64,000 nucleotides of DNA from an uncultured delta proteobacterium (GCA_963745835.1 CAVUZH010000024.1:320001-384000); one strand, 5' to 3'. Counted from the first letter of the stretch, positions 20,459 through 29,911 are shown. Numbers and translations: made by a program. The notes: generated by a model from the letters alone, not told the origin.

Positions 20459-21810
20459 CGGCGCATCCCCTGGGAGTTGATTCCCAGCACTTTGAAGCCT
20501 TGGAAGACGAAGTAAAGCGTGCCGCGGCCAAAGTGTTCTTGAACAGTAACGCGGATCGCGGCGCGCGGTCTGAAAATCATGGCCCTCGCGAGCTTTTTAA
20601 ACGGCCGGTCGCCGTTGGCGATGCCAAGCCCGGCTATATTATGGATCGGCTGGTTCTGCAGATCGCGCCCAGCGCCGGCGTCATAGATCGATAACGAAAC
20701 GAGACGTCTTCGGGCCGATTGAGGTTCTCGAAAATTTTGCCGGCGACGCTCGCGCGCACCTTATCGCTCAAGCCGCCTCCGCTGTCGAAAGCGATGCGCA
20801 GAAAACTCGGACGAATTCGGATCCCGCCGAGCAAAGCGTCTTGCGGCAAGGCGCCGAGCGGGAGTCGCGAGAGCTTGAACGTTTTTCCGCACCGCCCTCG
20901 CTCGGCGGACTGACAATATTGCCAGGCAAGGTAACCGGGATCTCAGCGGCTCCCGTTTCTAAGCCATAACCGATTGCAGTTGTGACAAATCCGCCTTCAG
21001 CGTTGATCGGAACTTCGGTTTCAATCAGGTTTTCGGCGCGGCCGCTGAGTTCCAGGCGCGCCACGTAATCAAACGGCACGACCCGTTCCGACGGCTGGCC
21101 GATGGTCTCGATGCGGCACATGGGGGAACCGTGCAAGCGCCGCAGCAAGGGCTCCGGACAGTTGGATGCGCCGAGCAGTTTGTAGCCGTAGAGAACGATA
21201 AACAGGGTTCCTTTGACACCTTCGGAACGTTCGACGATATGCAGCCGAACGCTCGAGCGCGGCATGAAGGTCAATGGCTGTGCAAGCTGACGGAAAGGCC
21301 GCTCGCCATTGCTTTTTCCGAAGGAAGCGAGATTGTGGTGGGCTCGTCTTGCAGTTCGCGCCCGCTGGCGCTGTCGACGAGGCTGAAGAGAAAAGAAATA
21401 TCTTCAGGAGGTTTTAGCCGTTCGAGGATCCCGGCGTCGAACTGAGGCGCTAACTGTTGATCGAATGCGACCGGGCGCAATCGCGGACTCAGCCGGAAAC
21501 CAGTAATCAAAGCGTCAACCGGAATTTTCCCGAGCTTGATCTCGTTCGCCGGGAGAGAGCTCTCGAGGGAGACAGCCAGCGATCGGACGCGCTCCTCTTG
21601 CAACCCGTAGCCGATGCCGGTGGCGACAAAGACGCCGTCGCTGCTGATGTTGATCACATCCTGAACGATGTTGCCTGGAATGCCTTTGAGCTGAAAACTT
21701 GCCGCATAGTCGTACGGGATCACGGCCCCCGGAACTGCCTGCGGCGCTGTCCCGCCGCGCCGGACCGGCGGAAACCTGCGGGTGTATGGACGTGTTTGAG
21801 TCGATATCAT
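20455..21810 (-). CDS. putative jelly-roll capsid-like protein, family 2, two tandem domains (frameshifts)
   Basis: Two copies of [IV]P[YF]DY...IGYGL...PED[IV]SF...GR[ED]LQ..P...NG[ED]RPF...G[YF]K[LV]LG. Confidence 0.55.
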
Positions 21811-21941
21811 TTCAGCATCGCTCCAGATTTTTTGGCGAACAATTCACACCCAAGCGCGGACATCCTGGGATGATCGTTCATATCGAGTTGTACAAACTCC
21901 TGATATGAGCACCGGGTGATCGGCACCCCTGCCATAGATGG

Positions 21942-22964
21942 TTACTGCACGTCTCTGGTCATGTAGCCGTCCAACACGACCCAGATGTAGAGCGGGCCGT
22001 AGATCCTCTGCAGCTCTTTCAACACATCGGCATCCGGCACTTCGATTTCGACCCGGAAGTTCTGCTGTTTGTCGATGAATACCGGCTCAGCGAAACGGAA
22101 CGTGGCGGTCGGCGAGGGTTCGCCATGAGTTGTAAACGCCGCCGTCTCCGAATACGGGCCGGCGCCCGCGGGGAAAAACCACGTGGGCATCTGAATCATG
22201 ATCTTTTCGCCGACATAAAGCGTCGTAACCGTGTTGTAGATGAACTTGCCGATGAGCGTTCCGGCGCCGTTGTTCGGGTGAATCTGTGCCTTTGGCGGCC
22301 GTTTGCTGTCGGGGCGCACCTTCTTGATGATCGCTTCGATATCGGAAACATGCAGCCAGATCACGCCTTGCATATTGACGATATCTTCGCCGCCGATGGT
22401 TTTGTCCGGCTCCGAATGGAAGAACGTAAACGACTCTTCGTCCGCGAACAGCGGCGCATACCCGTCTCGGTCGGCACGCGCTTCAGTCAACAGCTCCATG
22501 AGCGGGCCCAAGCCGATCTTGAAGTTGGCGAGAATCGGCTCGGCGTTACTGGGCAGAGTCGTATCGATGAGCGCTGGAATCGTCGAGTCGATGATTTTGT
22601 TGTTGTCATCGGCAATCACGATGGCCGGATTGCCGGCGTCCCGCGCCACGAAGTAAAAAACGTTCTCGTCTAGATCTTCGACCGGATACTCTTTGTCTTC
22701 CACCGTGATGTCGTCGGGGAATTCCGGCGGCAAATCGCTGATCACCACCCGCATCGCTCGCGCCTCGAACGTATTGTAGTGCGGCAAAAGCGAGGCCGAC
22801 TGCAGGTTGGTTTCCAATTTGGTCTTGTTCTGCACATTGACGAAGAATCGCAGGACTCCCGTACTTTCTGCGTCTCGCAGTTGTTTCTCCGGTTCCACGG
22901 TGAGCGAGTCATAGATGGGCAGATGGACTTTTTCTCTTACGCCTTGTACGACAGCCATGGTCAT
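21942..22964 (-). CDS. putative major capsid-like protein (single jelly roll, family 1) with an acidic insertion
   Basis: PIYDS..LRFF..KTKLETNL..LP..F, then YVGEK, FPAGAG, QNFRVEI and C-terminal LDGYMTRDVQ. This resembles, from memory rather than a search, major capsid proteins of tailless viruses; strong AGGAGG RBS. Confidence 0.55.
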   Translation of the reverse strand: MTMAVVQGVREKVHLPIYDSLTVEPEKQLRDAESTGVLRFFVNVQNKTKLETNLQSASLLPHYNTFEARAMRVVISDLPPEFPDDITVEDKEYPVEDLDENVFYFVARDAGNPAIVIADDNNKIIDSTIPALIDTTLPSNAEPILANFKIGLGPLMELLTEARADRDGYAPLFADEESFTFFHSEPDKTIGGEDIVNMQGVIWLHVSDIEAIIKKVRPDSKRPPKAQIHPNNGAGTLIGKFIYNTVTTLYVGEKIMIQMPTWFFPAGAGPYSETAAFTTHGEPSPTATFRFAEPVFIDKQQNFRVEIEVPDADVLKELQRIYGPLYIWVVLDGYMTRDVQ

Positions 22965-23019
22965 GCCTCCTTTCGAATGTTAACGAGCTACCCGCCCCCG
23001 AAGCGGGCTCGATGTGGCT

Positions 23020-23719
23020 TCACCACAGGGGCTTGAACGTCTCCGGTATCGAAGTTGCGGTTCCCGGTTGCGCCGTGAACCCGTTGCAGCTGGCGTTCAC
23101 GGTCGCGGGTTGAACGTAGCCCTCGAGCGGCTCCGCCTCGCCGAATCCGCTGACGTTGGTCGGAAGCGGGCAACCGGCATTGAACGCCGGCTCCATCTCG
23201 CGCACGTATCCATCCATCTCGGGCTCGCCGTAGATCTCCGGCGATTCACCGTAGTACCCGTACGGTTCAGTCTCACCGTAGGGCATCTCTTCGGAGAGAT
23301 AGGGCTCCTCTCCGTAGTAGCCGACCGGCTCGTACTGGCCGTACATCTCCGGTTCCCCGTACGGCTCCGGCGCCTGCGCATAGTAGCCATACGGATCAAT
23401 CTCTCCGTAGGGCATCTCTTCGGACAGATAAGGTTCTTCGGCGTAATAACCTATCGGCTCGTATTGGCCGTAAACATCCGGCTCGCCCCAGCCGTACATT
23501 TCAGGCGGCTGGGCGTAATATCCGTAAGAATCGACCTGGCCATAGCCGTAGCCCTGAGAGAGATACGGATCCTCGGCGTAATAGCCATAATCCTGCGGCA
23601 GCTCGCCGTAATAGCCCATGTCGGGCTGCTGAGCGTAGTGAAATCTCATTGTTCTTCCTCCATAGTTTTCGCTCGGGATTAACAATCATGACTTCGTCAA
23701 ATCCAAGGTTACGTTTCAT
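23020..23719 (-). CDS. Tyr/Gly/Glu-rich repeat protein (frameshift near 23675)
   Basis: Start MKRNLGFDEVMIVNP joins ORF 23020-23685; three tandem repeats of about 43 aa. Confidence 0.7.
23205..23575 (-). repeat. three intragenic tandem repeats (PYLSEEMPYGE.DPYGYY...YGEPEMYGQYEP.GYY.EE)
   Basis: Visible in both protein and DNA (CCGTAGGGCATCTCTTCGGA occurs twice). Confidence 0.85.
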
Positions 23720-23753
23720 AGTGAAAGCTCCGCAAAAGGTCGCTGCGGGTCGT

Positions 23754-24134
23754 TCAGCCTTCGATTCCTCGCGCGTGATCCGGTAACGTCCGCCGATGAT
23801 GTAGAGCTGGGTTCCTTGCGGGATTGCACGCCAGTCGCGCCGGCGTCTCCATAAAATGGATGTAAGTCCTGGATTGCTTCGGCGTTTGTTTGTCCGAGCT
23901 GTAAATCAGACCACGCAGATAGCCCAGATGCACCAGCACCTCTGGAATCACTCTCCGGCAAGGCGCGCGAACCACCTGCGCAGGTGCAAAGCAATGGAAA
24001 CAGGCGAAATTTCTTCTTGAGCTCGCTTGAATGCAGCCTGGAGGCCGCGCTCGCACCGACCGCGTGCCTGGCGAGATGCGCGAGCGATGACATAACTCAC
24101 TGAGGTCGTCCTTATCTCTGAGGTGCGTGTTCAC
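23754..24134 (-). CDS. conserved-looking hypothetical protein, putative virion-type protein (frameshifts)
   Basis: LG.LRGLIYSSDK...YIHFME.P..LA.....QLYIIGGRY.I...GIEG. Confidence 0.5.
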   Translation of the reverse strand: MNTHLRDKDDLSELCHRSRISPGTRSVRARPPGCIQASSRRNFACFHCFAPAQVVRAPCRRVIPEVLVHLGYLRGLIYSSDKQTPKQSRTYIHFMETPARLACNPARNPALHHRRTLPDHARGIEG

Positions 24135-24144
24135 CGGATATCCT

Positions 24145-24877
24145 CTAACGTCGTCGCCGCACTCGGACCGGCCTTCTGACGGACATCGCCCACTTCGGGT
24201 ACAACAGGCCGGCGGCGGAATCATGCGTCGGGTTGCGCGTGCGCAGCGGCGCCCGGAACGAGGCCTCCGGGACCGCGCCATGCGAGGCAGCGCATGTAAA
24301 GTCGCCGCGGCTGAACTCCAGTGTAAGGATGGGGACGTGGGATCCACCCTGGCGGCATGTACGGCCGCATCGGCGGCGCCATCATTGGCATGGGAACCTC
24401 GGCGAATTCATCGCCAGCATCCGGTGCATAGACCTGTTGTGCCGCCTGGGCTACAGGCTGCAACTGTTGGATCGCTCCTGGCAGCGCTTGTTGGTACGCC
24501 TGTACCGCCGGCGCAAGTTGCTGCATGACGCCCGGCATAGCGCTTTGAAAAGCCTGCACCGCGGGCGTGAATTGTCTGACGACTCCGGGAAGTGCCCGCT
24601 GCGCCGCTTGAGCTATCGGGGCAAAGCGTCGAAGCGCGCCCGCTGCTCCTCGAATGATCCCCGGCAATGCTCTCGCCGCATGGGGAAGGACTTTCGCGGC
24701 AATAGCCGGCAACACCTTGGCCGCGAGCGGCGCCAAAAACGGCAACCCAACGGGATTGCCAAAACCGTCGTAGACGACTTCACCCATCGGCTCTGGATAC
24801 TCTCCGTATTGAGAACCATAGATTTGAGCATCCGGAACTTCATGCAGGTATCCCGTTAACGTGTCTTGGACGAGCAT
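24145..24877 (-). CDS. Ala/Gln/Pro-rich amphipathic protein with YGE leader and Arg-rich tail
   Basis: IYGSQYGEYPEPMGEVVYDGFG; repeated (A)LPG..QQL.PAVQA helices; the shifted frame ends RRPVRVRRRR-stop at 24145. Confidence 0.65.
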
Positions 24878-25418
24878 TTCATTCCCTCCTTTTCAATTTC
24901 ACAAACCCGTTTCCAAAGCGCCGGCGGCGCCCATCCTATCCGTCGTTCACAGTCGCGTCCACGGCGATCCATCGGCCGCGAACATTCACCTCTGGATAAA
25001 TGTGCGAGTATGCATGCGGCTTGTTCGGGCGAAAACCGGCCAACACCAGCCTCACCGGATGACCGGTAGACATGAGCATCGCGCCCAAAAGAATGGTCAT
25101 ATCGTCGCAATCGCCCGCCCGAAGCTCGAGCATGCGACGCGCTGAGTGCAGCAACTCCACACGGAAGATATCCCTCGTGTAGCGAATATTGCGGCGCACC
25201 CAATAGAACAAAGCGCAGACCTCGCCAAACCGGTTTTTTGGACGGATGCCGTACTCGCGAAAGATTTGAATCGCCTTTTGTCGAACGTAAAAATCTTTGG
25301 CTCCCGCGAGAATCATCCGCGCAATAATTTGCGCCGTCACCAGGGTGCCCCCGGTTCCATTGGGAACGCGATGAATGCGAATGCGAGGCGTCACGAAACG
25401 GCTGCATAATTGTATCAT
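24856..25418 (-). CDS. transglutaminase-like cysteine enzyme
   Basis: GDCDD (Cys), HIYPEV (His) and WIAVDAT (Asp) triad; IRYTRD; probable frameshift near the C-terminus. Confidence 0.85.
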
Positions 25419-25670
25419 TCACACCACACCGAGAATCCGTTGAATGGGAACGATCAGTTGTTGCTTGATTCCTTCGACCTCAACAACGGCAAAAGCGCCC
25501 TGCGAACTGCCGCTGTCTGAAATATCAAGAACCTTCCCTTGCAGAAGATCATCTCCGTAAACTTCGAGAAGCAGCATTTGAACATCTGGAACGTAAACAT
25601 CGCGGATTTTGAAATGGACCCAGCGATGCTTTAGTCGAGAAGTCTCGCTCTTGAGTTGTTCCGCAGCCAC
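25419..25670 (-). CDS. small beta-rich hypothetical protein, first gene of the operon
   Basis: ORF abuts the transglutaminase start; GTG at 25670 lies just downstream of the sigma54 promoter. Confidence 0.55.
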   Translation of the reverse strand: MAAEQLKSETSRLKHRWVHFKIRDVYVPDVQMLLLEVYGDDLLQGKVLDISDSGSSQGAFAVVEVEGIKQQLIVPIQRILGVV

Positions 25671-25682
25671 ACTGCGCAGTTC

Positions 25683-25699
25683 AGCAAGCGACGTGCCGG
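25683..25699 (-). promoter_or_regulatory. sigma54 (-24/-12) promoter
   Basis: Minus strand reads CCGGCACGTCGCTTGCT, matching TGGCACG-N4-TTGCW with exact GG-N10-GC spacing. Confidence 0.75.
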
Positions 25700-26144
25700 T
25701 TCGGGGCGTGCGTAATAACGAGACGAACCCTAGCAATTTTCGATAGCTGGGCTCTGCGCAGGTTTACGTCGTTGGAAGCAGCTAAGACGATGCAGAAAAA
25801 ATATTCCGGTTCGTATCATGATTTTCCGGAAGACTCTTTCTGCAGGCGGGGAAAAAACTCGAGCGGCGCATTGCTGGCGTGCTTTGCGTAAATTCTGTAA
25901 CCGATACTCCTGCAACCCCGGAGCTGTGATAGTCAAACCCCGTGTTATTCGCTTTTTTCAAATGGGAATAACATTGCAATGCGCCTTCATTCGACCGTTG
26001 TAGTGCGAGCATGCGTCGGGGAAGCTGTGAAAAAATCCCCCCTGATCTCCCTTTACAAAGGCAGAACGAAAACCGCGCGATCGATCATAGGTTAGGATGC
26101 AGGAATCCGAATTGCCGCGGCACCAACATCTAAACGGCGCCAGT

Positions 26145-27720
26145 CTAGCGGTCAACGGTAGAGTTCAGGTGGTACTTGCGCAGTTTGTTATAAACGCTGC
26201 GCGACGTGATACCAAGAAGGCGTGCGGTTTGGGACTGGTTGCCGCGTGTCTTGCGGAGCGCTGCCTCAAGGAGAAGCTTTTCACAAGAAGCAAGCGACCC
26301 ATTGAGCCGCCAGTTGTTCGCATCCAGCAACCTGACAACGGACGAAGTCACCTCGCGCTGTGGCGACGACGCCAGCGGACGATCATCAACGGATCGCGGC
26401 GGCCCGTGAGATTCTTCTCGCAATGCAGGCTGCCAGCGCGATAGTTGTTGCAAAATCTCCGGCGGCAGATCAGCCAGAGTGAGAGGGGCAATATCGTCCT
26501 TTTTAACCAGCGCCTGCCTGACGATATTCTCCAGTTGCCTCACGTTGCCGGGCAGTCCGGCTTCTGCGAGCGCTTCAATGAACTCGTCTTCGACAGACAG
26601 CGGCAGCGCCGGTGCGAGGGCGCGATACTTCTGAAAAAAATAATCAACCAGCGGTCTAATGTCCCCCGGTCTTTCCCGCAATGACGGAGTATGGATCGAC
26701 AGTACGTTGAGCCGGTAAAAAAGATCTTCGCGAAAGTTCTTTTCTTTCACCATCTGCTCGAGAGCCCGGTTGGTTGCGGCAATGACTCTTACATCGACGG
26801 ACGTTTCGTCGTCCTCGCCAACGCCCAAGACGGTCTTTTCTTGCAGCATGCGCAACAGCTTGGACTGTAGCCCATCCTCCAGTTCGCCGATTTCGTCAAG
26901 AAAGAGAATTCCGCCATGCGCGGAACGAACCAGGCCTTTTCGATCGCGATTCGCACCCGTGAATGCGCCGCGTATGTGGCCGAATAGTTCACTTTCAGCT
27001 AAGCCCGCGCTGATGGCGCCGCAATTGACTGCGACGAAAGGGCCGCTGCGGCGTTTCGGGTCTAAGGCATGAATAGCATGGGCCAACAGTTCCTTGCCCG
27101 TACCAGTCTCACCCGTAAGCAGGATGGGGAGGTCGCTAAGAACACTGACTCGGAGAACTGTGCGAAACACCGCCAGCATTGATTGGCTTTCCCCAACAAT
27201 CCCCGCCTGGATCATATTCTCTTTGATGCATCGCTCATCCTCCTCCCGTCGTGCTTCGGCCTGAAAGAGCTGAACGAGCAGCTGGAAAAGTTCGGACTCA
27301 AAATCTGATCTCGAGCTATCCAACAAATTGGATGCGCCGGCTACAAGGGGCAAGCAGCGAGTCCGTATCGGCCAATTGTGAGCTCCGTCTGCATAAGCCA
27401 ATATGCCAAGTCCGGAGCCTTTAAGAGCATGCAGAGCGTCCAGCAGAGATGCGTTTGGGCCAAGCTCGTCGTCCAATGCGACCAGAAGAACATTGGCGCC
27501 AGACGTGGCGCGCGCTCCTCCGACTTCGTTGATATCACTAAGCCACCTAGGGGTAGCGCCGCACTGCGCGATGATTTGCTCAAGGCGCGAGCGGTTAAGG
27601 TCCCCACGATCAAGCAGCATAATCGTAGGGGGTGAACTATGCGTGGGTATTAGGTTGGAATTTGACCGATAGTCTGCGGGAGAACTTGACAGAGCTTTCG
27701 GCTTGGTTGGCTGACTCATC
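26145..27720 (-). CDS. sigma54-dependent enhancer-binding protein (NtrC/Fis family), degenerate N-terminal domain
   Basis: GETGTGKE Walker A, GAFTGA loop, LFLDEIGE, FREDLFYRLNV and a C-terminal Fis HTH; start uncertain. Confidence 0.92.
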
Positions 27721-28259
27721 GGCACGCTGGTCATCTTTCGGCGTGTGCGTAACTTCGAAGCTGTGATCAAAGCTGATCGCATCGGTGTCGACACTGCGGC
27801 CAGCCGTTGTTACGCCGGACTATTTTTTGACTTAGTACAGTCTTTATCACTCAGTCAAGCAGTTTTTGCCAATCGTTAATAACGTTAGGTGACATTAACG
27901 TTGCGTTAAAGCAAACGCGAGACCGAATGCGAGGAGTCCAGGGCCCGGTTCGAAGCTCGGAAACTTCGGAATTTTTTACCGAAGATCAATTTTTCAAAAG
28001 CAGGGCGCAACTCTAGACACACTGCGCGTAACAAAAGTTTACGGATGAAGGAGCAGCCTCCATCTGATGGAAATTATGAAATCTCCAGAATCGGAGCGTG
28101 AAGCAGGTGTGATTAGCGGTTGATCAAAAAGCTGCAGCTGCAAGGCGCGCGTTGATCGCTGGAAGCGGAGACGTACTCAGCCAGTACATGCGTGTGAGCG
28201 TCGAACCGAAGCAGTCAGCGCAGACGAACAGGACGCAATGTGCCTTTTTCATCAGTCGC

Positions 28260-28560
28260 TCACATGCCAAAAATTTTCTGAAAATCCGTCATGTGTTGCT
28301 TCAACTGATTGCCAAATTCGGGGCCGACGACATAATCGGGCTCGCCCTGGAACTCTTTATATTTTGCCGTATGCCTTTCATCGCAACGCCTTTGCCCAAA
28401 TCCACAGCGAGAACCTTTTGCCCTTCCTCCGACAGCGACCAATCCGTAAAGAGCAGTGCGGCGTGCGGGTGCGGCGCATTCTTGGCGACAAAAAATCCGT
28501 TTGGTTTGATGATCCTCGGCGGCAGCACGCTGAAACCGAGCGGCGCGCCCGTAGTGTTAA
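28260..28560 (-). pseudogene. 3' remnant of an ABC substrate-binding protein gene
   Basis: KNAPHPHAALLFTDWSLSEEGQ resembles the C-terminus of 52974-54005; no 5' part is present. Confidence 0.6.
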
Positions 28561-28679
28561 AACGCAGAAACCACCGCGGAGATGCGCGACAAGGCGACGA
28601 ATAAGCTCGATTTCCTTTGAGCCATATCCCTCCGTTGATCGCTGGTACGATTCTTATGCCTAATTAAAAAACTTTAATA

Positions 28680-28801
28680 CAGGCTGCTCAAAAGATCTCA
28701 GATGCGAGGCGCGTGAAGTTCGATGAGCGGAGGCGTATGGTCAGTACGTTGAAGCGAGTCGACCGAGCGAAACGAAGCAGGTGAGGCTTTTCAGCAGCGT
28801 G
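28680..28801. repeat. short MITE-like element with terminal inverted repeats
   Basis: CAGGCTGCTCAAAA...TTTTCAGCAGCGTG; similar ends at about 32990, 58350 and 59906. Confidence 0.55.
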
Positions 28802-29911
28802 TCAGTGCGTCGCTGCCGCTTTCATGCGAAACAGCTTCATGGCATTGCCGCCGAGAATTTTGTCTTTGTCTTTATCCGACAAACCGGCCATCGCTTTGAT
28901 CGGCGCGACTGTATTAGGCCAGGTCGAAATCGCATCGCCGTGATCGAAATCGCTGCCGATGATGATGTTGTGATCGGGCCAGATCTCGACAATCTTCGGC
29001 AGATAATCTTCCCACGAAATCGCCGCGACATAGAGCTGCTCGAAATAAGCGCTTGGTTCTTTCTTCAACCGATCTCTGCCTTTGAAAAAATCATTGACCG
29101 AAGTCGTTCCCGGAGATTCCGCCAGAGTGTGATGGTTTAGCGTCTTCATCAGCCACGGCACCCAGCCGATGCCGCCTTCAAAGAAGGCGAAGCGCAAAGT
29201 CGGAAACCTATCCAGCACGCCGCTCATGATCAAACGCGCCGCGCTCACCATATAAGTCAGCGGGAAGCCGAGCGCGGTCGCGAGCATCTTGAAACCATCA
29301 TAGCGGTCGCTGCCGACCAGCCATGGGTGGCAGTCCTGGGCTTCGAAGATGCGCGTTCCTGGATGCACGAGAATCGGCACATCCAGCTTGCAAACCTCTT
29401 CGTAGAACGGCCAGAGCACTTCGGCGTCGAGATCGCAGTCTTGGTGCCCGCCCATCAGTTTGACGCCTTTGAAGCCGAGTTCAGTCACCGAGCGTCGCAG
29501 CTCGCGAACCGCTTCATCGACATCTGGCAGATACACCCAGGAGATTGCGATCAACCGATCGCGACCGCCAATATCCTCGGCAACCGTATCGTTGTAGGCT
29601 CGCGCCATGGCGGTCCCTAAAGACGGCTCGACTTCATAGATGAGCGGTCGATTATCCGGAATGACAACTTGATAGTCGAAGCCTTCGCGTTTCATGACCT
29701 CGTAGCGGATGTCCAAATTCCAGCGCGTTTCACTGAAGGAATGAATTTTCTTGCCGTCGCGGTAGTACGTCGCTGCATCTCCGGGAAATTTCTCGCCGTA
29801 GCGGATCATTTCACCGGCGCCTTTTTTAATTTCTACGTGTCCCCGGCCGGGATGATCGACTCGATCGATAAAACGAACCGGCCAGTAATGAGTATCGCCG
29901 TCGATGTACAT
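28802..29911 (-). CDS. amidohydrolase_2-family metallohydrolase
   Basis: IDGDTH, ILVHP, FFEGGIGW and GSDFDH motifs. Confidence 0.85.
   Translation of the reverse strand: MYIDGDTHYWPVRFIDRVDHPGRGHVEIKKGAGEMIRYGEKFPGDAATYYRDGKKIHSFSETRWNLDIRYEVMKREGFDYQVVIPDNRPLIYEVEPSLGTAMARAYNDTVAEDIGGRDRLIAISWVYLPDVDEAVRELRRSVTELGFKGVKLMGGHQDCDLDAEVLWPFYEEVCKLDVPILVHPGTRIFEAQDCHPWLVGSDRYDGFKMLATALGFPLTYMVSAARLIMSGVLDRFPTLRFAFFEGGIGWVPWLMKTLNHHTLAESPGTTSVNDFFKGRDRLKKEPSAYFEQLYVAAISWEDYLPKIVEIWPDHNIIIGSDFDHGDAISTWPNTVAPIKAMAGLSDKDKDKILGGNAMKLFRMKAAATH

Noticed and set aside
23205-23575. CRISPR array
   Set aside because: The repeats are long, in-frame, degenerate coding repeats without unique spacers, and no cas genes are present.
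18699-25670. Encapsulin, bacterial microcompartment, gas vesicle, T6SS or eCIS locus
   Set aside because: No HK97/encapsulin, BMC-H/P, GvpA, sheath, tube, VgrG or baseplate motifs were recognised.
25671-25736. ORF-track start at 25736 for the first operon gene
   Set aside because: It would span the sigma54 promoter; GTG at 25670 is more consistent.
6868-27720. Intact prophage/provirus
   Set aside because: No integrase, replication protein, packaging ATPase/terminase, portal, tail genes or att repeats were recognised, and the regulation is host sigma54-type. A decayed provirus is not fully excluded.
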